Assembly: GCA_963814375.1 (NCBI GenBank) | Contig: CAWFCQ010000004.1 | Location: 160,001-224,000 of the forward strand | Reading direction: 5' to 3' | Length of the DNA stretch: 64,000 bases | Source: an uncultured Chloroflexia bacterium | Lineage (GTDB): Bacteria > Chloroflexota > Limnocylindria > QHBO01 | In this document: positions 9,710 to 19,632 of the stretch, in pieces | Layout: each line of letters opens with the position of its first letter | How positions within the stretch are numbered: position 1 is the first letter of the stretch | Notes under the pieces: generated by a model | Database searches by the model: none | Told to the model about the DNA's origin: nothing | What the model saw: the letters and a program-made list of their open reading frames with translations, nothing else | Translations under genes and position numbers: made by a program

Positions 9710-10966
9710 TCAACCCTCTTGCGGCACCAGTTCGCGGAGGAGCTTCCCGAGCGTGCGCCGCAGGACGCGGTAGGACAGGTGCTTCTGCGCGATCTCGAAG
9801 TTGTGCGCCGCCCATGCCCGTCGCTTCTCGATGTTGCCCAGCAGAGCTCGAACGGCGGCCACGCTGGCTTCGGTGACGGCGCCGTCGATCTCGATGAGCT
9901 TGAGCCCCAGCGGCGCGATGTCGGCCACGTAGACCGGGTAGCGGTTGACGAGGACCGGCACGCCGTAGAAGAGCGCCTCGAGGAGGGCGTTGCCGTAGCC
10001 CTCGTACAGCGAGGGGTAGGTGATGAGGTCCGCCGCGAGGTAGGCGTCATGGAGCGAGTGGGCCGGGCGCAATGGCTTGCCCTCGTGATCGGGGGCGAAC
10101 CGATCCGCCGCGTAGGCGAGGCGCACCTTGTGCCGCTCGGCGAGACGCTCGAGCTCGACGAGGTAGTCGAGCCCCTCGTCGCCGGCGGGGGACGTGATGA
10201 GCAGGACGGCGTCGGGGTCCTCCAGCCTGCCGACCAGCTCGATCGCCAGCTCGATGCCCTTGCGCGGCACGACGCGCGTCGGCTGGACGACGAGGAGCCC
10301 GCGCTCGTTCATGCCCAGCTCGTGCCGCAGCCTGCGCCGCACGCTGGGATGGCGTCGTGGCCGGGGCTGGTCGAAGTCGAACACGTTGGGGATGACGTGT
10401 GAATCGATACCTCGGCGTCGCTTCAGCTCCGCCGCGGCGAGGCTGTTGATGCTGATGTGGCGGACCCATGGCAGATCGGGCGGGAAGGACTCCTCGAGCA
10501 CCTCCGGCACGACGCAGGTGGCGAACCGCTCGCGCTCCCACCAGTAGTCGTGGTGGTGGCCGATGGTCGGGATGCGACGCTCCTCGATGACGCGGCGGAG
10601 AGCCACGCCGAGCGGGAGCTGCATCGGGATCGCCCACGCATTCTCGATGATGATGGCGTCGAGCTGGTTGATGACGGTCCAGTCGAGCAGGACCGGCGTG
10701 AGCAGGTCCGCCAGCCTGTTGATCTCGTGCCGCACCGCCTGCGGATCGCTTTCCGGGTCGAACGCGGCCTCGGTCACACGCGCTGCCGGGGGCCAGGTGA
10801 AGTGCATCGGTGGGACGAGGCGCGCCTGGTAGCGAAGGGCGTCGACTTCCCCGGCGCACAGCCGCAGGTCGTGGCCCATCTCGTCGAGAACCGTCTCCCA
10901 CTTGGCGGTCTCGAAGGTCACGCCATCGACCCCGGCCAGGCGGGTCGCGGCGATGCCGATCTTCAC
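9710..10966 (-). CDS. GT4 glycosyltransferase, mannosylglucosylglycerate-synthase (MggS)-like
   Basis: Start set at GTG 10966 (TAGCAT box 7 nt upstream); DGVTFETAKW, HHHDYWWER, FPPDLP, QPTRVVPRKGIE, YPSLYEGYGNALLEA. Confidence 0.8.
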   Translation of the reverse strand: MKIGIAATRLAGVDGVTFETAKWETVLDEMGHDLRLCAGEVDALRYQARLVPPMHFTWPPAARVTEAAFDPESDPQAVRHEINRLADLLTPVLLDWTVINQLDAIIIENAWAIPMQLPLGVALRRVIEERRIPTIGHHHDYWWERERFATCVVPEVLEESFPPDLPWVRHISINSLAAAELKRRRGIDSHVIPNVFDFDQPRPRRHPSVRRRLRHELGMNERGLLVVQPTRVVPRKGIELAIELVGRLEDPDAVLLITSPAGDEGLDYLVELERLAERHKVRLAYAADRFAPDHEGKPLRPAHSLHDAYLAADLITYPSLYEGYGNALLEALFYGVPVLVNRYPVYVADIAPLGLKLIEIDGAVTEASVAAVRALLGNIEKRRAWAAHNFEIAQKHLSYRVLRRTLGKLLRELVPQEG

Positions 10967-11035
10967 GACGCCGATGCTATCGCGTGGGAGTGCGACGCCG
11001 CGGCCCCGACGACGCGTCCCTCTAGACTTCGCGCC

Positions 11036-12475
11036 ATGTCCTCCCTCCCCGTTGTCGCCATCGTCGGCCGTCCGAACGTCGGCAAGAGCACGCTCTTCAA
11101 CCGGCTCATCGGCCAGCGCCTGGCGATCATCTCCGACGTTGCCGGCACGACCCGCGACCGGGTCTACGGCACCAGCGAGTGGAACGGCCGCACCTTCACC
11201 GTGGTCGACACCGGTGGCCTCGAGCTCGATCCGGGGACGGACATCGAGGAGCGCGTCCAGGACCAGGCACGGGTGGCGGTCGAGGAATCGGACCTCATCC
11301 TCTTCGTCGTCGACGCGCACGCCGGGCTCGCCCCGCTCGACCACGAGGTCGCCGACCGCCTGCGCCGAGCCGATGCGCCCGTGATCCTCGTCGTGAACAA
11401 GGGCGACAACCCCGCCCGAGAGGCCGATGCGGTCGAGTTCTTCGCCCTCGGCATGGACCCGGCGATCACGATCAGCGCCCAGCACGGCCGCAACACCGGC
11501 GACCTCGCCGACATGATCGTCGATCGGCTTCCGCCGCCCACCGAAGCGGAGACGGCGGCAACGGTTCCACCGGAGGACATGACCGAGGAGGAGCTCGCCG
11601 AGCTGGCCGAGACCGAGATGGGGTCGCCCCGCGTCGCGATCGTCGGCCGTCCGAACACGGGGAAGTCGACGTTCGTGAACAAGGTCTTCGGCTCCGATCG
11701 GATGATCGTCTCGGACGTGCCAGGCACGACGCGCGACCCGATCGACACGACGGTCTCGCTCGACGGCCAGCCGCTCGTCCTCGTCGACACTGCCGGCATC
11801 CGTCGACGCGGCAGCATCGAGAAGGGGATCGAGCGCTATAGCGTCCTGCGTTCGATGAAGGCGATCGACTCGGCCGACGTCGCGATCGTCATGACCGATG
11901 CGACCGAGGGCTACACCGCGCAGGACGCTCACGTAGTGGGCTACGTGCTCGAGGCCGCCAAGGGCATCGTGCTCGTGCTGAACAAGTGGGATGCCGTCGA
12001 GAAGGACGAGTACACCGCCGACCAGTGGCTCAAGCGCCTGCGCCGCGATGCGCCGTACCTGGCCTGGGCGGACATCGTCTTCGCATCGGCGCTGACCGGG
12101 CAGCGCGTCGAGCGGATCCTGCGTGAGGCACTGCGCGTCGCCGAGGAGCGCTACCGCCGCGTGCCCACCGGCGAGCTCAACCGGCTCGTCATGGACGCGG
12201 TGCGCGCCCACCCGCCATCTCACGTCCGCAACCGGCTGCCGAAGATCCTCTACGCGACCCAGGTGGCCGTCGCGCCGCCGACGTTCGTGATCTTCGTCAA
12301 CGACCCGGAGATCGTGCACTTCAGCTACCGGCGCTACCTCGAGAACCGCATCCGTGACGGATACGGCTTCCTCGGCACGCCGATCCGCCTCGTGCTGCGC
12401 CAGCGCGAGTCGGAGGAGGCCGCTCGGAAGTCGGCCCGCCCTCGGCGCACGGCAGCCGCCCGCCGCAAGCGGTAG
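11036..12475 (+). CDS. der: Ribosome biogenesis GTPase Der/EngA
   Basis: Two G domains (GRPNVGKS, GRPNTGKS; DTGG, DTAG; NKGD, NKWD) plus KH-like C-terminus. Confidence 0.97.
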   Translation: MSSLPVVAIVGRPNVGKSTLFNRLIGQRLAIISDVAGTTRDRVYGTSEWNGRTFTVVDTGGLELDPGTDIEERVQDQARVAVEESDLILFVVDAHAGLAPLDHEVADRLRRADAPVILVVNKGDNPAREADAVEFFALGMDPAITISAQHGRNTGDLADMIVDRLPPPTEAETAATVPPEDMTEEELAELAETEMGSPRVAIVGRPNTGKSTFVNKVFGSDRMIVSDVPGTTRDPIDTTVSLDGQPLVLVDTAGIRRRGSIEKGIERYSVLRSMKAIDSADVAIVMTDATEGYTAQDAHVVGYVLEAAKGIVLVLNKWDAVEKDEYTADQWLKRLRRDAPYLAWADIVFASALTGQRVERILREALRVAEERYRRVPTGELNRLVMDAVRAHPPSHVRNRLPKILYATQVAVAPPTFVIFVNDPEIVHFSYRRYLENRIRDGYGFLGTPIRLVLRQRESEEAARKSARPRRTAAARRKR

Positions 12476-12492
12476 GAGGTATCGTCGCGAGC

Positions 12493-13494
12493 GTGACCGA
12501 TCAGATCGGGGTCATCGGCGCAGGCGCCTGGGGCACGACCCTCGCGATCCTGCTGGCCGATGAGCAACGCCCGGTCTCGCTGAGGACCCACTCGTCCGAG
12601 TCCGCCGAGCGCCTTGCGCACGCGCGCGCCAATGAGCGGTACCTCCCCGGCGTCGTCTTCCCGCCCAACCTGCGGATCGTCACCGACGACTCCTTCCTGG
12701 CCGAGCCGCATCGGTTCTACGTGCTGGCCGTGCCATCGGCGCACCTGCGGGCGACGGTGCAGGAGATCGGACCGATTCTCCATGCCGAGGCCGGCATCCT
12801 CAGCGTGGTCAAGGGGATCGAGGAGGGCACGCACCTGCGGATGAGCGAGGTCATCGACCAGGAGCTGCCCGGTCGCCGCATCGCGGCGCTGTCCGGCCCG
12901 AATTTGGCGCGCGAGATCGCCGCCGGCAAGCCGGCGGGCTCGGTCGTGGCCTCCGCGGACGACGACCTGGCGGTCGAGCTCGCATCGGTGCTGTCGTCGG
13001 AGCGATTCCGGGTTTACACCAACGGCGATCTGATCGGGGTGGAGCTGGCGGGCGCATTGAAGAACGTCGTTGCCCTGGCGGCCGGAATGGTCGACGGGCT
13101 CGGCTTCGGCGACTCGGCCAAGGCGGGGATCATCACGCGCGGACTGGCCGAGATGACACGGCTCGGGGTCGCCGCCGGGGCGCATCCGCTCACCTTCGCC
13201 GGCCTGGCGGGCGTGGGCGACCTGATCGCCACCTGCATGTCGCCGTTGTCGCGTAACCGGCACGCCGGTGAGCTCATCGCCTCCGGCATCCCGTGGCCGG
13301 AGGCCGCGGAGCGGCTGGCCGGTGTCGCGGAGGGCGTCAGCACCGTCGCCGGCGCCCTCGAGCTCGCCGTCGCCCACGGCGTCGAGATGCCGATCGCGGA
13401 GAAGGTTCGCGAGGTCGTGTTCGACCGCATGCCGCCGATGGCCGCGGTGGCGGAGCTCATGTCGCGCAGCACGAAGGACGAGCTGACCGGCTGA
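12493..13494 (+). CDS. gpsA: NAD(P)H-dependent glycerol-3-phosphate dehydrogenase
   Basis: GAGAWGT, LSGPNLARE, GALKNV, GVGDLIATC..SRN; downstream of der. Confidence 0.96.
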   Translation: MTDQIGVIGAGAWGTTLAILLADEQRPVSLRTHSSESAERLAHARANERYLPGVVFPPNLRIVTDDSFLAEPHRFYVLAVPSAHLRATVQEIGPILHAEAGILSVVKGIEEGTHLRMSEVIDQELPGRRIAALSGPNLAREIAAGKPAGSVVASADDDLAVELASVLSSERFRVYTNGDLIGVELAGALKNVVALAAGMVDGLGFGDSAKAGIITRGLAEMTRLGVAAGAHPLTFAGLAGVGDLIATCMSPLSRNRHAGELIASGIPWPEAAERLAGVAEGVSTVAGALELAVAHGVEMPIAEKVREVVFDRMPPMAAVAELMSRSTKDELTG

Positions 13495-13547
13495 CAAAGA
13501 GATGAGCGCCGTTGCCGGCGCCCATCTGTCCCTGAGACACCGCTTGC

Positions 13548-13883
13548 CTACATCAGGCCGATGACGTGGCCCTCGGGATCGGCGAACAGCGCGATATTGG
13601 TCTCCGGCGCCACCTCGGTCAGCGGCATGAGGATCCGGCCCCCGGCCTCCTCGACCTTGCGCAGCGTGGCCGCGGCGTCGGGAGTGTTGACGTAGAAGGT
13701 GACCTGCCCGGCGCCACCGTCCTGCGCCGCGCCGATCCCGGCGCTCAGGTCGCCCTGGCGCAGCATGCCGTAGCCGCCGGGGTTGTTCGTATCGAGCTGC
13801 CAGCCGAAGACGTCGCCGTAGAAGCGCTGGAGCTTCTCTCCGTCCTTGCCGGTCACCTCGACGTGAACGATCGTGTCTGCCAT
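13548..13883 (-). CDS. VOC/glyoxalase family protein
   Basis: IVHVEV, FYGDVFGW, ALFADPEGHVIGL; GAGAGGAG RBS upstream of ATG 13883. Confidence 0.85.
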   Translation of the reverse strand: MADTIVHVEVTGKDGEKLQRFYGDVFGWQLDTNNPGGYGMLRQGDLSAGIGAAQDGGAGQVTFYVNTPDAAATLRKVEEAGGRILMPLTEVAPETNIALFADPEGHVIGLM

Positions 13884-13944
13884 GTGAGGGTCTCCTCTCG
13901 AGTCTGGCTTGTCGGACCGATGCGTCATCGGTCGCTGTCAACTC

Positions 13945-13971
13945 GACGCTCGGGCACCGCCGAAATCGACA
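13945..13971 (-). promoter_or_regulatory. Putative ECF-sigma promoter TGTCGA-N17-CGTC upstream of the VOC gene
   Basis: Minus strand TGTCGAtttcggcggtgcccgagCGTC; resembles ECF41-type TGTC...CGTC promoters. Confidence 0.4.
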
Positions 13972-14027
13972 CGGCTGGCAGACGGGGTGAGCGGCCGCTC
14001 GTATACTTGGCCCGATCCTCGCTCGGT

Positions 14028-14104
<77 letters not shown>

Positions 14105-14172
14105 ATCTCCTCGATTCCGCTTGGCTGCTCGACGGTCGAGCGGATGGGTCTTACCGGCTAGAGTGGGGCCTC

Positions 14173-15372
14173 GTGACGACCTACGAGATGCACGAGGCCG
14201 CCGAGAGGGCCGGCATCACCACGGATGAGCTTCGCGGAATGGTCGAGCTCGGCATCCTCGCGCCGGACCCTGAGAATCGGTTTCGGCCGGGTGACGTGCG
14301 CCGCGCGGAGCTGGTCGGAAGCCTCGAGGCCGCGGGCATCGCGCTCGATGACCTGGGCACGGCCATTCGCGAGGGGAAGGTCTCGCTCGCATTCCTCGAC
14401 GCGCCGGCGTTCGACCGTTTCTCAGCGCTGAGCGACGTCACCTTCACGCAGATGGCTGAACGGACGGGCGTGCCCATCGAGATGCTCACGTTCATTCGCG
14501 AAGCTGCCGGCTCGGTGACGCCGAGCCCGGACAGCCGCATGCGCGAGGCCGAGCTTCCGGCCGCCGCCTGGTTGGCCGCCGCGGTCGGGGCAAGCTTCCG
14601 GCCGGCGGCGATGCAGCAGATGATTCGCGTCCATGCCGACAGCCTGCGCCGGGTCGCCGAGACGGAGGCGGCCATGTGGCAGTCGGAGGTGCTCGACGCG
14701 GGCACGCGCACCGGCAGCCGCACGGACGAGATCCTCGGCATCGAATTCGGCGATCGCATGAGCATCCTGACCGAGGAAGGGGTGATCGCCATGTACCACA
14801 TGCAGCAGGCGAAGGCGTGGACGCGCAACCTCGTCGAGGGGGTCGAGACGATGCTGGCGGAGGCCGGCCTCCACAGCCGCCTGGAGCGACCTCCCGCGAT
14901 GTGCTTCCTGGACATCACCGGGTACACCCGCCTCACGCAGGAGCGCGGCGATGAGGCCGCCGCCGGCCTCGCCGACGAGCTGGGAAGGCTGGTCCAACGC
15001 GCATCGATCAAGCACGGCGGCCGCGCGGTGAAGTGGCTCGGAGACGGGGTCATGCTCCACTTCCCGGACCCGGGACCCGGTGTCACCGCCGCTCTCGAGA
15101 TGGTCATCGGGGTCGCCGTGGCCGGCCTGCCACCCGCGCACGTCGGCCTTCACGCCGGGCCGGTGATCTTCCAGGAGGGCGACTACTACGGGCAGACGGT
15201 CAACGTTGCGTCCCGGATTGCCGAGTACGCGCGCCCCGGCGAGGTGATCGTCAGCCAGGAGGTGGTGGATGCCTGCCAGCATGCCGACGTCTCATTCCGG
15301 GACATCGGCGCGGTCGAGCTCAAGGGAGTCGCCGGCGCCCTTCACCTTCACGTCGCGTCGTCGCCCAGCTGA
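14173..15372 (+). CDS. Class III adenylate cyclase with N-terminal MerR-like HTH/regulatory region
   Basis: [36 protein letters not shown]; N-terminal [19 protein letters not shown]. Confidence 0.85.
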   Translation: MTTYEMHEAAERAGITTDELRGMVELGILAPDPENRFRPGDVRRAELVGSLEAAGIALDDLGTAIREGKVSLAFLDAPAFDRFSALSDVTFTQMAERTGVPIEMLTFIREAAGSVTPSPDSRMREAELPAAAWLAAAVGASFRPAAMQQMIRVHADSLRRVAETEAAMWQSEVLDAGTRTGSRTDEILGIEFGDRMSILTEEGVIAMYHMQQAKAWTRNLVEGVETMLAEAGLHSRLERPPAMCFLDITGYTRLTQERGDEAAAGLADELGRLVQRASIKHGGRAVKWLGDGVMLHFPDPGPGVTAALEMVIGVAVAGLPPAHVGLHAGPVIFQEGDYYGQTVNVASRIAEYARPGEVIVSQEVVDACQHADVSFRDIGAVELKGVAGALHLHVASSPS

Positions 15373-15382
15373 TCGACGTCGC

Positions 15383-15712
15383 TCACTCGGGCTCGAGCAC
15401 GAAGAGGGGAATCGTCCGCTTCGTCCGCTTCTGGTACGTCGCGTAGAGCGGAAACGCCTCGACCGCGAGGTTCCACAGCCGCTCGCGCTCCGTGCCGCCG
15501 CCGACCTCCTGAGCGGTCATCCCGCGAATCTCACGCCCGATCTTGACGCTGGCCCGCGGATTGGCTCGCAGGTTGTGGGCCCACCCGGGGTCAACGGCAG
15601 AGCCGCCGCGCGAGCCCACGATGACGAAGTTGTCGCCGTCGGGCCAGGCATAGAGGACCACGTCGCGGCGGAGTCCGGTCCGGCGCCCGGTCGTGGTGAG
15701 CAGGATGTTCAT
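15383..15712 (-). CDS. F420H2-dependent nitroreductase-family (Ddn-like) oxidoreductase, short N-terminus
   Basis: LLTTTGRRTG, IVGSRGG...PGWAHNLRANP, YQKRTKRTIPLFVL; alternative start at 15730. Confidence 0.8.
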   Translation of the reverse strand: MNILLTTTGRRTGLRRDVVLYAWPDGDNFVIVGSRGGSAVDPGWAHNLRANPRASVKIGREIRGMTAQEVGGGTERERLWNLAVEAFPLYATYQKRTKRTIPLFVLEPE

Positions 15713-15740
15713 GGAACTCGATAGCCGCAACCGATGACGA

Positions 15741-15779
15741 AGCGGCCGTCGACGTCCACGGTGGATATCGACGGCCGCT
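15741..15779 (-). terminator. GC-rich hairpin downstream of the cold-shock gene, putative terminator
   Basis: AGCGGCCGTCGA/TCGACGGCCGCT 12-bp perfect stem; no clear U-tract. Confidence 0.5.
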
Positions 15780-15801
15780 CAAGTCGCAAAGGGCCGAGAG
15801 C

Positions 15802-16008
15802 TTACTCGGCGGCCTTGATGTTCGAAGCGCGGGGACCGCGCGGGTTGGATTCGACGTCGAACGTGACGTTCTCGCCCCCTACGAGGCGATCAAAGTCGAT
15901 CGACTCGCTCAGACCGTCGCGATGGAAGAAGTAATCCTTGCCATCCTCGCCGGTGATGAAGCCGAAGCCGCGATCGGCAACGATCTTCTTGATGGAACCA
16001 CTGGCCAT
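15802..16008 (-). CDS. Cold-shock domain protein
   Basis: RGFGFI (RNP1), DYFFH (RNP2), GPRASN; AGGAGG RBS. Confidence 0.93.
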   Translation of the reverse strand: MASGSIKKIVADRGFGFITGEDGKDYFFHRDGLSESIDFDRLVGGENVTFDVESNPRGPRASNIKAAE

Positions 16009-16070
16009 GAGAGGCCTCCTAACGGTAGAACCGCAAGGGTACTCGACTATCGCCTGTAGCATCGGCGCCG

Positions 16071-17411
16071 ATGACCGATTTCCCTGGCCGAGGACCGTTC
16101 TCGATTCGCGCGCGCATCCTGTCGCCGCTGGCTGATGACGGCCTGATCGACGAGGCCGACGGGCTGGTCGAGGTCGACGCCGGAGGCCTGATCACCAGTG
16201 TGGGACCCTGGCCGGGCGCCGATGCGCCCGCATCGGCGATCGATCTGCGGCCGCTGGTGGTGATGCCGGGCCTGGTCGACCTCCACGCCCACCTGCCGCA
16301 GCTGCCGAATGCGGGCCTGGGCAGCGGGTTGGATCTCCTGACGTGGCTGGATCGGTACATCTTCCCGCTCGAGCGCTCGTACGACCGATCAACCGCCGAG
16401 CGCCAGGCGCCGGCGGCGTGGCGGGCATTCGCGGCGGCGGGCACGACCACCGTCGTCGCCTATGCCGCTCTGTGGGCGGACTCGACCGATGCCGCTTTCG
16501 CCGCGGCCGAGGCCCACGGCATCCGCGCCGTGATCGGCAAGGTGATGATGGATCGGCTCACGTACGACACCGAGATCGACCCGGGCGAGATCCTGCAGAC
16601 CAGCCTGCTTCAATCGGACGAGCTCGCCACGCGGTGGCACGGCCGCGACGAGGGCCGCCTTTCCTATGCGTTCACGCCGCGCTTCGCGGTCAGCTGCTCG
16701 GCCGAGATGCTGCGCGAATCGGCGGATCTCGCACGGCACCACGGCGCGTACTGGCAGACGCATCTGTCCGAGGACGGCGGAGAGATCAGGGAAGTGAAGC
16801 GCCTCTTCCCACACTCCCACGACTACCTCAACGTGTACGACCAGGCCGGCGCGCTCGGCGCGAGGACGATCCTTGCGCACGCGATTCACCTGTCCGACAC
16901 CGAGGTCGCGCGCCTGGTCGAGTCGGACTCACGGGTCGCTCATTGCCCCGCCTCGAACCTGTTCCTGTCGAGCGGGATGATGCCGCTCGGCGCCTACCGG
17001 GAGGCAGGAATGCGGATCGGCCTCGGCAGCGACGTCGCCGCCGGCCCCGAGGTATCGATCTTCAGCGTCATGCGCGCGGGAGCGGTGACCCAGCGCGTGC
17101 TCGAGCTGTCCGGCACGGTGGATCCCATCGCCGCGCTGCGGCCGCTCGACTGGCTGCGGATGGGCTCCATCGGCGGGGCACGAGTGCTCGGCATCGAAGA
17201 CCGGATCGGGTCGTTGGAGGTAGGGAAGGAGGCCGACCTCATCGCGGTCGACCCACGTCTGACGACGCCGCTGCCGGGCGACGAGCCATCGCTGGGCGCC
17301 GATGATCTCGCCAGCCGGCTCATCTTCCGACCGCACCCGAACATGGTGCGCGCCGCCTGGGTTCGCGGCCGCCTCCTCGCCGGACCGCCCGGCCTCGACA
17401 GCATCGACTAA
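16071..17411 (+). CDS. guaD: Guanine deaminase (amidohydrolase)
   Basis: PGLVDLHAHLPQ, DLLTWLDRYIFPLE, FTPRFAVSCS, QTHLSE, AHCPASNLFL, GSDVAAG. Confidence 0.88.
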   Translation: MTDFPGRGPFSIRARILSPLADDGLIDEADGLVEVDAGGLITSVGPWPGADAPASAIDLRPLVVMPGLVDLHAHLPQLPNAGLGSGLDLLTWLDRYIFPLERSYDRSTAERQAPAAWRAFAAAGTTTVVAYAALWADSTDAAFAAAEAHGIRAVIGKVMMDRLTYDTEIDPGEILQTSLLQSDELATRWHGRDEGRLSYAFTPRFAVSCSAEMLRESADLARHHGAYWQTHLSEDGGEIREVKRLFPHSHDYLNVYDQAGALGARTILAHAIHLSDTEVARLVESDSRVAHCPASNLFLSSGMMPLGAYREAGMRIGLGSDVAAGPEVSIFSVMRAGAVTQRVLELSGTVDPIAALRPLDWLRMGSIGGARVLGIEDRIGSLEVGKEADLIAVDPRLTTPLPGDEPSLGADDLASRLIFRPHPNMVRAAWVRGRLLAGPPGLDSID

Positions 17412-17420
17412 GGTACGCGC

Positions 17421-17801
17421 GTGGATCGCCTCGTCCAGATCGCCATCAACGCCGCCGCGCTGTACGTGGCGGTCTTTCTCGTGCCGGACCTCGACTTCAA
17501 CTTCGAGCCGGAAGGAGCATGGCTCCGCTTCCTGCTCGTCGCTGTCATCTTCGGCCTGGTGAACACCTTCGTGCGGCCGATCATCCGGCTTCTGACTCTG
17601 CCGATCTCGGTGATGACCCTGGGCCTCTTCCTCGTCATCATCAATGCCCTGATGCTCCTCCTGACCGATCTCATCTCGGACCAGCTGAGCCTCGGCTTGG
17701 TCGTCAACGGCTTCTTCGCGGCCCTGCTGGGGGCGATCGTCATCAGCATCGTCAGCTTCATCCTGTCGATGGTGATCGGGACGGCGCGGAAGGCAACCTG
17801 A
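17421..17801 (+). CDS. YvlD-like 4-TM membrane protein ('phage holin family' superfamily IV)
   Basis: FGLVNTFVRPIIRLLTLPISVMTLGLFLVIINALML. Confidence 0.85.
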   Translation: MDRLVQIAINAAALYVAVFLVPDLDFNFEPEGAWLRFLLVAVIFGLVNTFVRPIIRLLTLPISVMTLGLFLVIINALMLLLTDLISDQLSLGLVVNGFFAALLGAIVISIVSFILSMVIGTARKAT

Positions 17802-17818
17802 CCGCGCCCGCTCCTCAG

Positions 17819-18484
17819 GTGGCGCCCGCACCCCGACTCGTCGGCCTCGCACTCGGGATCTCCGTCGCGGCGCTCATCCTGCTCGTCGGGCCGCTACTCC
17901 TGTTCAACCCCGCGTTCACCTCCCTGCTCCAGCAGCGGCACGGAGTGGCGGCGTCGTTCGACACGACGCAGGCCGAGGTCGACCGCGTCACGAGCGAGCT
18001 CCTCGCCCATATCTGGACCGATGGCGACTTCGAAGCCGCCCTCGAGGGCCAGCCGTCGCTGCTCGACGCGAACGAGCGCTCGCACATGCACGACGTGGCG
18101 GTGCTGGTGCGCCTGCTCGGAATCATCGCCGTGGTCGCGGCGGTGATCGCGGTCGTCACCTGGTTCGTCATGCGCCGCGAGCGTTATCGGCGCGGGATGA
18201 CCATGATGCTCGCCGCCGCCGGGGTGGGGGCGGCCGGGGTCAGCCTGGGGATCCTCTTCGCCGTCGCCTTCGAGCAGGCGTTCCTGACATTCCACGTGCT
18301 GCTCTTCCCGCCGGGAACGTACCTCTTCGAGCCGGGGTCGAACCTCATCACGCTCTTCCCCCAGCCATTCTGGTTCGAGGCTGCGCTGGCGGCGGGCGTG
18401 ACGATCGTCATCAGCGCGGCGCTCGTCGGCTTCGTCGGGTATCGGCTGGTCCGGGGCGCCGACCGGCCGCCCCATCAGGCCTGA
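17819..18484 (+). CDS. DUF1461 membrane protein, lipoprotein intramolecular transacylase (Lit)-like
   Basis: ERSHMHDV, FEQAFLTFHVLLF, LITLFPQPFW; 4 TM segments; start codon uncertain. Confidence 0.7.
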   Translation: MAPAPRLVGLALGISVAALILLVGPLLLFNPAFTSLLQQRHGVAASFDTTQAEVDRVTSELLAHIWTDGDFEAALEGQPSLLDANERSHMHDVAVLVRLLGIIAVVAAVIAVVTWFVMRRERYRRGMTMMLAAAGVGAAGVSLGILFAVAFEQAFLTFHVLLFPPGTYLFEPGSNLITLFPQPFWFEAALAAGVTIVISAALVGFVGYRLVRGADRPPHQA

Positions 18485-18498
18485 TCTAGACTCCGACC

Positions 18499-19623
18499 GT
18501 GGGACACGGCTGGAAGATCGGCCGCCTGGCCGGCATCGACCTCGCGATTCATCCGAGCTGGCTGGTGATCGCCTTCCTCATCGTGTACTCGCTGGCGGAG
18601 TCGCAGTTCCCCCGGCAGTTCCGCGGCTGGAGCGACGCCCAGTACTGGATCGTGGCCGGCGCCACCGCGCTCCTCTTCTTCGGCTCGGTGCTGGCCCACG
18701 AGCTTTCGCACGCGCTCGTGGCGCGTGGCTTCGGGCTGAAGGTCGAGGGCATCACGCTCTTCATCTTCGGCGGTGCGACCACGATCGACTCCGATTCGCG
18801 CACGCCGCGCGAGGAGGCCCTCATCGCCCTCGCCGGGCCGGCGACGAGCATCGCGCTCGGGGTGGTCTTCGTGGTCATCGATGTCTTCGTCGACCAGGAG
18901 CAGGTGGGCGCCCTCCTTGGCTGGCTCGGGCTGATCAACATCGCGCTCGGCGTCTTCAACCTCATCCCCGGCTTCCCGATGGACGGCGGACGCGTCCTGC
19001 GCGCCTTCATCTGGCGGCTGCGCGGCGATCGGCTCACTGCGACGCGCAGTGCCGCGATCGTGGGCCGGATCTTCGCGTACCTGCTGATCGCGCTCGGGGT
19101 CTTCCTGGCGCTGCGTCCGGGTGGGCTCTTCAGCGGGATATGGCTGGCACTCATCGGCTGGTTCCTCTCGAACGCGTCCGAGGCGACGATCGCGCAGGCC
19201 GGGGTCGAGCGAGCCCTGCGCGGCATGCGTGTCCGCGACGCGATGGACGAGGCGCCGCCGTCGGTGTCACCGAACGAGTCGGTGGCCGACCTCATCAACG
19301 AGCGGATGCTGCGTGGCGACGAGCGCTCATACCTCGTCCGCTACGACGATGGCGGGCTGGCCGGCGTCGTTACCCTCGACGACGTGCGCCGCCTCGGGCG
19401 CGACCTCTGGCCCGACGCCCGGGTGACGGACATCATGACCCGCCATGCGGACCTCGCCACCATCGGGCCCGACGCTCCGCTGGTGGATGCGCTGCGCCTG
19501 ATCCAGGAGCGCGAGGTCGGGCAGCTGCCGGTGGTCGACGGCGACGGCCGCAACCCGCTCGGGATGGTGACCCGGCGGGGGATCCTGCGGCTCATTGACG
19601 CCCGCATGAAGCTCGGGCTCTGA
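18499..19623 (+). CDS. Site-2 protease with tandem CBS domains (Rip3-like)
   Basis: [24 protein letters not shown], two CBS repeats. Confidence 0.9.
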   Translation: MGHGWKIGRLAGIDLAIHPSWLVIAFLIVYSLAESQFPRQFRGWSDAQYWIVAGATALLFFGSVLAHELSHALVARGFGLKVEGITLFIFGGATTIDSDSRTPREEALIALAGPATSIALGVVFVVIDVFVDQEQVGALLGWLGLINIALGVFNLIPGFPMDGGRVLRAFIWRLRGDRLTATRSAAIVGRIFAYLLIALGVFLALRPGGLFSGIWLALIGWFLSNASEATIAQAGVERALRGMRVRDAMDEAPPSVSPNESVADLINERMLRGDERSYLVRYDDGGLAGVVTLDDVRRLGRDLWPDARVTDIMTRHADLATIGPDAPLVDALRLIQEREVGQLPVVDGDGRNPLGMVTRRGILRLIDARMKLGL

Positions 19624-19632
19624 GCGGGGCCG

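Noticed and set aside
10967-12319. 869-aa minus-strand ORF 9710-12319 read as one giant glycosyltransferase fusion
   Set aside because: The upstream ~450 codons are the antisense shadow of der. GT homology and a -10 box place the start at 10966.
17421-17801. 'Phage holin' as evidence of a prophage
   Set aside because: YvlD-like family is commonly chromosomal; no endolysin or structural genes nearby.
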